Assembly (NCBI RefSeq): GCF_006345805.1
Contig: NC_042999.1
Location: 92,070,001 to 92,134,000 of the forward strand
DNA from: Octopus sinensis
Lineage: Eukaryota
DNA: 64,000 nucleotides
Reading direction: 5' to 3'
In this document: piece after piece, positions 1 to 11,169 of the stretch
Numbering within the stretch: the stretch's first letter is position 1
Layout of the letters: every line of letters begins with the position of its first letter
Made by a program: the position numbers and the translations under genes
Notes under the pieces: model-generated
Told to the model about the DNA's origin: nothing
Database searches by the model: none
Seen by the model: only the letters and a program-made list of their open reading frames with translations

Positions 1-1261
1 AATGTTCGTAAAGTTCAATTACGTAGTAATCATAATAAAAAACGTGAAAACCAGACCATGCTTTAACTTTATTCAACTGATATATTATTCTATATACATT
101 ACACAAATTCGGAAAAAATATATAAATGAAATTTTGAATTTAGCTCACTGGCCCCCAGTACTACTTTTGCGGACCCCAGTTTGGAAACCACTGGACCAAA
201 CAGTAAAACAGTAAAAGATCGCCGATACCGTCCGAAATTACGGAAAATTCTTCAGAGGTATCAGAAGATAAATGGATATCTCTATATACGTATGTCTTCC
301 TTGCATGTATATATTTTAAATAGATATCTCCATATATGTATGCTTTTCTTGCATGCTTGTATTTTAAACAAAATAGATGGGTAGATTAATTAAACTTGAA
401 ATTGCTTCGTTGGAAAATTGACGTAAAAAACATCATTGAGTAACTCTTCTATTAGTAGAAATACCGTAGGAAGATAAAGTACAAGCTTGGAGCAAGCTTT
501 GCCTCTTTTTTCCCTATCCTTTATATTGATTTATTATAGTTATTTATTTATTGCTCATCATTCTGCAATAATTATAATCGGAAATATTAATCAAACTGGC
601 TAACTTTTACATTTTCTTAGGATTTTTCCATCGTTTTCCATTTTTTTTTTCCTTTTACGTTTTAATAGGAAATGCAAACGCTTGTGGCTGTCTAAAGAAA
701 ATCGGTTAGAGAATGTGGTGCGTCCATCAAAGAAATCTTAAGTAACGAAAAAATATAAAAAGCAAACACTACACCTGCAGAAAATAACAATAACAAGCAA
801 AGAAAACAAGATTAATCAACTATGTAGACACATAAACGCTACAGAACTAAACGAAATACTTAGAGAAAGATTAAATTCTTTCATTCGAATTCGAAATAAT
901 ATCCGTTAATTACTTACTGCTTCGCTATTGATACATTTATAATTTTAAAAGCTTTTCTTAAAAACTTGTGCAAGTAATAAATTCCTTTATTCTCTCATTT
1001 GATTTATTTCTATTTCCCTTTTACTCAAATGATACCGAGAGAATAGATATGAGCGGTATAAAGAGATATTTTTCTAAATATTTCCGTTAAACCGCTATCA
1101 CTTTATAAACATCACCTAAATCTGTATAATTCCTTCACTCATTTTTTTAACCCCTCCCTCGCCTCATTTCCCCCTCTCTTACACACACATACACGCATTC
1201 ACAAACACACACACACAAACAAACAAACATACACGCAAAGATAGAGACGGAGAAAACATAT

Positions 1262-1268
1262 GTTATAC

Positions 1269-1361
<93 letters not shown>

Positions 1362-1375
1362 ATACATATATACAT
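1262..1375. repeat. (TA)n microsatellite; similar tracts at ~3776-3950, 4210-4340, 7085-7130, 10020-10085, 15465-15680, 25005-25110, 43325-43475, 51995-52050, 57890-57967
   Basis: Directly visible dinucleotide runs. Confidence 0.98.
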
Positions 1376-1408
1376 ATATACACACACATTATATCCATAT
1401 ATACACAT

Positions 1409-3330
1409 ATCTTTTGTTTTATTCGTTTCAGCCATACAGCTACGGTCATGCTGGAGCACCACCGTGATCTCTTATTTCTTCAGGTTGGGTGGGAGTTATA
1501 TCACCACTCCTGTATGTGCCTTTCTCCCAACTTTTGGCCCATTTGGTGTATGAGGGAGTTTGACACCACAGCCCTCGTCTGTACCTCATGTAGGGCCGTT
1601 AGTTCAGCCAGTTTTGTGGAGATGAAGATGTCTAGTTCCTTTCTGAAGACATCTACGTCCACATTATGTAAATTTCTTAATCTTTTGTGGCAGATCATTG
1701 AAGAGCTGTGGACCTTCGAACCCTAGACTATTGCAGTACCTGGTCCTGAATTTAGATGGAGTGGAAGGTACCTTTGGTACAATACAATGGCGTCCAGTTC
1801 TGGCATTTGTATGATATTCTATGCCGAAATTAGGTACTAGCCCTTCTAGAGGTTTCCATATGTAGATTATTGCATATCTTCCACCTTTCTGGGTAGGGCA
1901 TATAATACTTTCTTTCAGTTTTTTGGGAAGTTTACCGTTTGTAAGAAATCTCTGGAAAACTATCTGCTTACAATACTTCAGGAGAATAGCTGAGAAGCCA
2001 TAGGGATCAGTTGCTGAGCTTCAGCTCATTTCATCTACGGCCGCTGTTACATCTGTCTCTTCAGTGTTGATGTAATTCATGGTTGGTGCCGTCTTCTTTA
2101 GGGCTACAATATTAAAGAAATAAGTCGGTTTTTTTTATATCTGCATGTGTACCACTGGGGAGATGAAAAACACTTCTAAATTGTTCACTGAATACCTCAC
2201 TTATTATTCTGGCCGTTTCCTTTGCAAATTCGTTGAAAGTTTTAGGACTTGTTTTTATGCTTTCCACAGCTCTGTTCTCTCTTTCTTTCTCTATCTCTCT
2301 CTCTCCCTCCTCCTCTCTCTCTTATCTGCTCTGCTCTTTCCTTTTCATGAAATAGTTTGATCTTTCTTTCGATTTCTAGGAGTGTCCGTATTAAAATAGA
2401 CTTCTCCCTATCCTTCAGTTACCTAGTCAACCGGTTTTGAGACCTTTGGCCTACGTCTCATAAGGATTTTTCTGTCCCAGAGAATCTTGTTTGTCGGTAT
2501 ATTTGCCTTTCATTCCTGAGTGCACTGTTGACATAAACTGACAGAGTTTCAAGTCAATGACTTGCATACAAAGAATGTTGGACCAGTTTTGATTATGGAT
2601 CTCTTTGCGGATTGATTCCCATTTTATTTTATTGAAATTCAGGTTGGATATGGCTTGAGTCCCCTTGATAGGGTAGATCCCAGTAGTTCGCTTAGGAACA
2701 TACATAGTTAGTTCAACAATGTCACACTCACATTATGGATAAGGTCCAGATTATTTGAGGCAGAAGTCCAAGATGTCGTTTCTCTTGGTTGGCGTATCAC
2801 TTGTTCCATGAACAGCAGAGAAAGTTCCAGTAATAACTCTACATGATTTTGTTCATGCAGTGACATCCCAGAGAGGATGTGGCCTTTCAGCCATTTAACA
2901 TTTGGGAGGTTGAAGTCAGCCAGGAGGAGTATGTTGATGTGCTGTTCGAGATTTGTTAATACTTCTTCTATGTGGCTGAGGTTATCCTCAAATTTTCCAT
3001 CATACTTCATGGTATTTGGTGGAGGATATGTTGAGCATACAACTCCACCAAATTGCTTTATATATTGCTGAGTGAATTTGTATGTCGCAGAGTGAATTTG
3101 AATGCGACAGTAATACAAGTGGTATAACATTTTCACGGATGTACGTAGCAACAGCACTGCTTTCTCTTCTGTGTATGTGAAATACAACATACCCTGGGAT
3201 GTGCACATCTGCATGTGTTACATTAGAGGATTCAGTGGGTGTCATACATATAGGTTGATTGCATGCAAGAATTTTTAGTTGCCGGGTTTTAGCTGGCTTC
3301 CGATGTTCAATAGGGATACAGGTGCAACAT
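1409..3330 (-). mobile_element. Degenerate CR1/L2-type LINE: APE endonuclease + linker + C-terminus + 3' tail, RT core deleted
   Basis: Minus-strand fragments: DVHIPGYVVF...VATYIREN and LLADFNLPNVKW (endonuclease); SATDPYGFSAILLK...KLPKKLKESIICPTQKGG (RT start) joined directly to YAIIYIWKPLEGLVPN...NSLGFEGPQLFNDLP...VSNSLIHQ (C-terminus); tail GGTGCTCCAGCATG...AATAAAACAAAAGATA runs into (TA)n. Confidence 0.85.
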
Positions 3331-3362
3331 CTGGTGTCAGTAGTAGCGATCGTGCATCCATG

Positions 3363-3397
<35 letters not shown>

Positions 3398-3772
3398 ATG
3401 CGCGCGCATGTATACACACACACACACACACACACATACATACACACGCACGCGTCAATATACACCTAGACAGTAATAGTGATGCAGAAGGGTAAAACAA
3501 ATCACAAAAAATGAGTATGTGTATATTTTCGTTGATATTTAGCAGGAGCAACAAAGTGATTGAAGGACCAAGAGTTCCGTGCGTTACCACTTGAACACTA
3601 AGTGATAATGCACTAAATTCTCGGACCTTGAGTCAGTCTATTACTGTTGAATATTAATGAAAATACACATATAAATATATGTATGATATATATATGTATA
3701 TATATACACTCACACATAACCACGCACAAACATGGCACACACACACGTGTTAGATACATATTTACATATGTA

Positions 3773-3811
<39 letters not shown>

Positions 3812-3861
3812 ATATATATATGTATGTATATATGTATAAGTATACATGAAAATATGGGTAT

Positions 3862-3912
<51 letters not shown>

Positions 3913-4223
3913 TATATATACATATATACATGTATATATATATATATATTATGCGTTTGAGGATAAATAAATTATCTCTATAACTGTATATTTCAATATA
4001 TTTCAATGCTTCTACAAAAAAGCTAATTTTGTTTACACATATCGTAATTTCAATTTCACGTCTATAAAAAGAGTTTATGAGTTCAAAAATTTTCCGCTAA
4101 TCATAGAAATATGATGTTCGAGTTTCATGGTTGGCCGCTGACAAATGTTTCTGCAATATAAGGTTATTATCCTATTCACGCTGCTCGGCATTATTTTGCT
4201 TCTGAGAGTATATACATACATAC

Positions 4224-4273
<50 letters not shown>

Positions 4274-4459
4274 CGTGTGTATGTCCATATACATACATAG
4301 ATACATATATATATATATATATATATATATGCATATATAGATATATATATATACACACACACACAACACACATATATATACGTGTGTGTAGAAGTATATA
4401 TGTTTATATGTATGTATACATATATGTATATAAGTATATGTATATGTATGTACAGGTAA

Positions 4460-4720
4460 AACAGAATCCACTCACAAGGCCTTAGTCGGCCCGAGGCTAT
4501 AGTAGAAGACACTTCCCCAATATGCCACGCAGTGGGATTGAACACGGAACTATGTGGTTGGCAAGCAAGTTACTTAACATACAGCCAATCCTGCACCGTC
4601 GAAGGAGTCGACTCCAGAACTTATTCTTTGTAAACTTGGTTCTAATTCTATCTTTTGTCGAACCGTTAAGTTACGAGGCCATAAACACACCAGCATTGGT
4701 TAAGCGACAGCTTTGTAAAT
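4460..4720 (-). mobile_element. tRNA-derived SINE fragments (CORE-like head plus middle module)
   Basis: Homologous to the copies at 15041-15445, 29035-29400 and 50030-50410 (shared AAGTGTCTTCTACTATAGCCTCGGGCCGAC...TTGTGAGTGGATT block). Confidence 0.85.
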
Positions 4721-4819
4721 TAAATTTAGGGTTTATAGCACAAGTGTTTTGCCAGCGTTGCTCTATAGAAGTGAGACGAGGCGGTCTATCGAAGGCATTT
4801 AAGGCACTTGGAACGATAT

Positions 4820-5198
4820 CAATATTCTTTTCCAATCTAAGCACAAGGTCCAAAATTTTTGGGGAGGCGACCTGTCGATTAGATCGACCCCAGTACGCAA
4901 CTTGCTCTTATTTTATCGGCCCCCAAAGAATGAAAAGCAACGTCGACCTCTGAATTCTGAACGTAATGACAGACGAATACCTATTTCTTTACTACTCACA
5001 GAGAGGACAACCAAGGACAGACAAACGGATTAAGTCGATTACATCGACCCCAGTGCGTAACTGGTACTTATTTAATCGACCCCGAAAGGATGAAAGGGAA
5101 AGACAACCTCGGCGGAATTCGAACTCAGAACTTTGCGGCAGACGAAATACCGCTTAGCATTTCGCCCGGCGTGCTAACATTTCTGCCAGCTCGTCGCC
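4820..5198 (-). mobile_element. Dimeric tRNA-derived SINE
   Basis: Head GGCGACGAGCTGGCAGAAATGTTAGCACG with B-box-like GAGTTCGAATTC; body CCTTTCATCCTTTCGGGGTCGAT..AAGTACCAG occurs twice with two different tails; same architecture at 30320-30685 and 40553-40895. Confidence 0.85.
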
Positions 5199-5234
5199 TT
5201 ACGATATTATCAATATTGTCTTAGGAATATTCTT

Positions 5235-5318
5235 GGGATAAGTTGAATAATGGCAGGGATAAATTGAATAATGGTAGGGATAAATTGAATAATGGCAGGG
5301 ATAAATTGAATAATGGCA
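5235..5318. repeat. 21-bp minisatellite x4 (GGGATAAATTGAATAATGGCA)
   Basis: Four head-to-tail units with two substitutions in total. Confidence 0.95.
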
Positions 5319-5504
5319 ATCAGTGATGTGAAGGCACTTGAGAGAAGTGTTAGAAGTGTAGAATCGATGATTCTGCAAATTCGTTTGAGGTGGTGGTGAA
5401 CGTGAGAATGAATGATGAAATAAATACTTCCAAAGCAACTTTTGTCTAGTGAGCTGGTCTTGTTTGTCCCCCACTCTACTTTGATCCCTTGTGGCTATAA
5501 TAAA

Positions 5505-5840
5505 TAAAGAGCCGGAAGGAGCCTAGCACACAAACCCGAAATGAGGTTCAAGGACTGCCTCAGAATTGCTGACACAGACAGGAGTTTCAGTTGATAGGAA
5601 GAGGGAGTCACAAGACCAAAATAGATGGAGGAAAGAAGTGCACACTGGTTGTTCGAAGTTTGAAAGAGAGAGAATGAATTACGAGACGATCGAAAGAAAG
5701 CTTAGTAAAAATGGACCTGAGGAAAAATAAGGGAGTGTTGCTTCTTATGTGTGTGATTCTGTGGGAGAAAATGCTTGAGTCAGGTAGTCCTGGTCAACCA
5801 TCAGAGAACTCACAGGTATCAAACCCTTGTAAATTGTGAT
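5505..5840 (+). mobile_element. RTE LINE 3' fragment
   Basis: KPEMRFKDCL...QDQNRWRKEVHTGCSKFERERMNYE and a frameshifted RKCLSQVVLVNHQRTH zinc finger; homologous to 8240-8670. Confidence 0.8.
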
Positions 5841-5969
5841 ACTAGATTATAAAACTAGAACAAGTATGTGGTTCAAAAGGAAATTCTATTCTTGATTATT
5901 TCAAAACTTTCTGTAAGAATATTGCTGGATTGCAAGAAAATGTACAAAGCTCCATCGCTAGAACGTAGA

Positions 5970-6450
5970 GAACAAAAATAACATCACAATTTGAACTTGA
6001 CAATGCCTTCAATATTTTTATAAATTGTAATTGTAATGTCCATGTTAGATTGTTGATTTCCCTTTCTGTAAATCCAAAATAATTACTTCGGCACTTACTG
6101 ACAAAACCATGTGCACCAACTATTATTGGAATAAATGTGCATTTAGAATCCGGGTAAATAAGCCGAAGGCTTCGAAGCCGCTTTCCGTAGCCTACTTTTC
6201 TCTGATCTGCGAAGAGATATCAACATCAATCAGCCGGCTGTTCTCTATAACAGTGCTTTTTTTAAATTTTGCTTGCCTGTCCCAAACAATTATATCTAGC
6301 CAGCTATGCTTGCACTTGATGACAATTTTATTGGAATGCTCCACCAGTATTCCTTGAGTTGACATTTATGTGTGTATTCACCATCTGTGGGATTCTTTCT
6401 ATCGCAGGACAATCATTTTTTCGCTCTAAGAGGTAGAATGTTCACATTTT
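5970..6450 (-). mobile_element. R4/Dong-like non-LTR retrotransposon remnant (REL endonuclease)
   Basis: Frameshifted EYWWSIPIK...DIIVWDRQAK..TVIE...DVDISSQIREK...YPDSKCTFIPIIVGAHGFV, resembling the PD..D/E..K REL domain of R4-type elements. Confidence 0.6.
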
Positions 6451-7010
6451 TGAGCAGCTTTTGATCCCATACATAATGTATGCAGGTATGTATTTTTGTA
6501 TTTATGTATATATCAGGCAAAACGCTTTCCAGGTAGTTTTGGATAGGTATGAGGTAATATTGAACCGGACGACTAGTTTTTATTTCTGGTAGCCGACATA
6601 CGGAACTTGCAATAAGACGTCCAAGACGTCCAAGGAGTACTGTGAGAGAACCAGTATGATCTATGTGTGTCATAATACGCTGAGTTATTTACGTCACGTA
6701 TGAAGTGTGCTAGCTATCACTTTTCTACACGTAGAAACCTTACCGTTAATAGCTGGATTCCTGCTGTGCCATATGCTGTTTTCACATCCAATTTTCACAT
6801 GTATCTTAAAAATGCATATAAACACAATATAGAATAGCTGTCCCTTCACATTCCTAAGTTCGTCCGCCTTTTACGAGATTTCCCAATCCATCGCATGATG
6901 TGTCCAAAACTTAGCCACCACATAATGTCTATACACATACATACATACATACATACATACATACACACGTGTGTACGTAAGTACACCATCCGTTTTCGAC
7001 TTCACAAAAG

Positions 7011-7083
7011 CCCTAACCCTAACCTAATCCTAACCTAACACTAAATACTAAACACTTGGTGTACGCATTCTTTATATTCGCCC

Positions 7084-7085
<2 letters not shown>
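7011..7085 (+). repeat. Short element with degenerate (CCCTAA)n repeats; inverted homolog at 9421-9489
   Basis: CCCTAACCCTAACCTAATCCTAACC...CTAAACACTTGGTGTACGCATTCTTTATATTCGCCCATA; the reverse complement of 9421-9489 carries the same block. Confidence 0.8.
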
Positions 7086-7141
<56 letters not shown>

Positions 7142-7528
7142 TATATGTAAATATATATACAGACACACACGCACACACGTATATATTTATTATATAGACA
7201 TATGTATATGTACATAAATATGTATATATGTTTGTGATCAAGCATGCTTCTTGTACGAAGTCCGGGAATAAAAAAAGGATGAGCATAAAGTAAAAAATAA
7301 GGAATACACACGTGCGCGCGCAAATATATATGTTTATGTAAGACTTTTAATAGAACAGGAATCATCGCCCATTCGAAGTTTCAGTCTGTTAGATTTAGGT
7401 TGAAACTTCGAAGACGGTGGAATGTTACTTTTCCACTGAGTGCAAAAATGTGTGGCATCTGTATTTCAAAGGGCCAACCTTGTTACATTCTGTATGTGTG
7501 TGTGAGTGCATGTGTGTGTAAATACACA

Positions 7529-7567
<39 letters not shown>

Positions 7568-7584
7568 ACACACACACACACACA

Positions 7585-7633
<49 letters not shown>

Positions 7634-7708
7634 CAAATATGAGAGAGAATCCACTATGTGGACGCTCTTACGCTAGAAATAGATCCGCAATGGTCTCAAC
7701 CACTAAGA

Positions 7709-7836
7709 ATTGTTCTCGAGAAAAATTTAGCACAACTATGAACGTAACCCTTATTTTGATTTTAATTTTATATATATATATATAATTAAAATCAAAATAA
7801 GGGTTACGTTCATAGTTGTGCTAAATTTTTCTCGAG

Positions 7837-7842
<6 letters not shown>
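7709..7842. repeat. Perfect inverted repeat, 59-bp arms, (TA)n spacer
   Basis: 7709-7767 is the exact reverse complement of 7784-7842. Confidence 0.97.
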
Positions 7843-7881
<39 letters not shown>

Positions 7882-8239
7882 TACATACTTACATGCAGGC
7901 ATACATACATACATATATATTCATACATACTTTGAATCTCTTTGAGAACTACGTTAAGGCTACACGTGTTTGTGGAGTGCTCAGCCCCTTGAACGTGAAT
8001 TTCAAGCTCTTCCATAATTCGGATCAACTAGAACCTCATTGTCCTATGCCACAGAGTGCTAGCATATAAAATATGTATATTCATGCGTATATACATTTCG
8101 TTTATACATAGACACGTCCACTTACATTTATCTATACAAGCATATGTATGTATGTATGTATGTATTATGTATGTATGTATGTATGTATGTATGTATGTAT
8201 GTATGTACGTACGTACGTATGTATGTATGCATGTATGTA

Positions 8240-8670
8240 AGATCGAAGTTTGAAAGAGAGAGAATGAAGCACGAGAAGATCAAGAGAAGAATTAGGAAGA
8301 ATGAACCTGTGGAAAATGAGGGATTGTTACTTTTTATGTGCATGATTTGTAGGAGGAAATGCTTGAGACATGCAGGCCTGGTCAACTATCAAGACAACTC
8401 ACAGGAATCAAGCCCTTGTAAACTGTAATGCGGCTTTTACTCATATCACAGAGCATGCAACATGTGGAAAGCTGTGCCTTTCAGTTGGAGGATTGAAAAG
8501 GCATATCAAACGACTTCATAATGTGACACCTGTTCCCTCTGCCAGCCAGCACAGCTATACATTATGCAACAGAATGTGTAAATGTTTGGCCGGTCAAGGA
8601 TCAAACAAGGACCTCACAGAGCATCATCAATGACTCATTACAATGACTATTTCTAGCAATGCCTTTGCTC
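8240..8670 (+). mobile_element. RTE LINE 3' fragment with three degenerate C2H2-like fingers
   Basis: SKFERERMKHEKIKRRIRK; CMICRRKCLRHAGLVN; TCGKLCLSVGGLKRHIKRLH; TLCNRMCKCLAG. Confidence 0.8.
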
Positions 8671-9497
8671 GAATACGAGGAAGCAGCAATTATGTATGTA
8701 TGTATGTATGTATGTATGTATGTATGTATGTATGTATGTACGTATGTATCTCTCTATCTCTCTCTATATATAGATATAGATATATCTATGCATGCATGCA
8801 TGTATGTATGTATGTCATTATTTGGTTTATTTCAAGATTTTTTGCCAATAGAGAAAGAACTGGTTTCTAACCTAGATCCAAGACTCATTCATTGGAATTT
8901 CAACATCAAGATAGTTTTGGTTGTATGTATTTATGTGCGTGCAGATTTGTATGTTTTACTTTATGTATGTATTCTCATGCATATAGTTGCATATCTAGAC
9001 ATGCTCATATGTATTTAAATGTTAAACGTCTGTAAAATTTTACAAATTTTTACAGTTCCAGTGGTCGATTGGATCTATAGTTTTCGAATTAGCTTTCTGG
9101 TTTCGAGAAGCCTAATTTCTCAAGATTGGTATTTAGGTAGTGAGTTACATATCCCAGGGCCCCAATAACTACAGGTATAACACTGAACTTGTAATCTCGA
9201 TAGAGTAACTACAGATTTCTCAATATTTCACTGTATGTATATATGTATGTATGTATGTGTGTGTGTGTGTTGTGTGTGTGTGTGTGTGTATATATTTACA
9301 TAGACGTGCAGTATTCTTCTGTCAGCTGAAGAACTCAAATTGATACATTCCTTTATGGCAATATGTAATTCTTTCGATCGCTTTTACCAATGTGTTTGTG
9401 TATGCAAGTAAATATGCATGTATGGGCGAAAGTAAATAATACGTACACCCGGTGTTTAGCGTTAGACTTAGGGTTAAGGTTTAGGGTTTAGAGTATT

Positions 9498-9588
<91 letters not shown>

Positions 9589-10042
9589 ATTTCGTTTTCG
9601 TATTTGGCTTCCAAGATTCTTTGTGTGAATTCGTGTGTTGAAACATTTTATTGTGTCTGGAGAGAGTCATTCGCTGTTAGTGCCTTATTACTTCACTCAC
9701 TCGCCGGTTCGATTTCCACTCGTTTAGTTACTTTTTCTAAAATTTTCCTTGCGTCTTGCAACCTTTTCAATAGTCGTTGATTGTCAACTACTATAATATA
9801 TATATATATCATATTATATTATATCATATTATATTATATTATATTATACTATATGTATATACACACACATGTACATGTATATGTATGTATCTTTATATAC
9901 TATATACATATGGATACATGCCTACACATGTGTGCATATATGTATCTGTATGTGTATCTATATCTATATCTATCTGTCTATCTCTCGCTATACATATATA
10001 TGTATATATATAATACTATATATGTATATATATATATAATAT

Positions 10043-10088
<46 letters not shown>

Positions 10089-10318
10089 CATATATTTATG
10101 TATATTCTTATATTATATGCGTGTGCGTGTGTATGTGTGTTTGTGTGTAGATATGTATTCTATATACATATATGTATTCTATATGTGCACATGAACTCAT
10201 AATCAACATATGCACACACACAAACATTTACATAGACCTATATTTACCTTGAACAAAATCTCTTACAGTAGTGTGTCCACTACTTTATATCAATAGGGGC
10301 AATGTAAAAACTACTCAC

Positions 10319-10641
10319 TTCGAATTATATGTCGGTGTTTTCCTACAACATTTCACACAGTATATCAATCTGCATCTTGCTTTTCTTGATTTCTTTGATC
10401 CGCAACATCTTGCACCAGCTTTGATAGAAGGGTTCTCTATATTTCTGGATACCATAATGCAAAGGGTTTATGTTTTGATTCTCCTATGGAAATCTCTGAT
10501 TTTCAAAAAAGGCACACCGTCTCTGCTTCGACGAAAATCTTCTGGAAAATTACAGTTTTCAATGTCATAGGTTCTGAGCTGGCTGACTTCGTTAGATTTT
10601 ACTAGGCAAGTTATTGTGGAAAATTTCGCTCTTGTATCTTC
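10319..10641 (-). other. Exon-like island, product unknown (Cys/Lys/Arg-rich end)
   Basis: Perfect GTGAGT donor after 10319; candidate acceptors before 10444 and 10641; one frame open for ~107 codons apart from a single TAA; the opposite strand carries the 99-aa ORF 10271-10570. Confidence 0.3.
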
Positions 10642-11169
10642 CTAGCTTGAACTAGAACAAAATATACGCATATTTGCAGAGTTAGCGTTTTTATTCTGAT
10701 TCGAATAACGTCTTATAAGAAATAACGGAATATTACGTCGACGATGTCATAATGCTGCATGTGACGCGAATATATTTAAATACAAACACAGACAGACACA
10801 CACACACACAGTCTCACACACACACACACACGTTTGCATATGGGTGTGCGTGTGTGCGTGCGTATGTGTGCTTGTGCATACATACACATACGTGCATATT
10901 CTACTGATTTTGTTTTATGAACTGTTTTGCGTTTGCGTCAATGAACAGATTATATGGTCATTTTCCGTTAGTAACTCAGCAAACTTAAAGAATTCTATGT
11001 TTGGCCCCTAGTGGGGAATAAAGAAATTGAAATGATATATTTCTCTCTCTTTCCATATACATATTATATATATATATATATCTGTGTGTATGTGTGTGTG
11101 TATGTATATATGTATGTATGTATATATATATATATATATAATATATATATATTATATATATATATAATT

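Noticed and set aside
669-753. Exon after a very strong polypyrimidine tract
   Set aside because: All three frames stop before the nearby weak donor; cannot be supported as coding.
5235-5318. CRISPR-like array
   Set aside because: Units are contiguous with no spacers, and the context is eukaryotic.
7011-7045. True telomere or chromosome-fusion scar
   Set aside because: Only a few degenerate units embedded in a dispersed repeat present twice.
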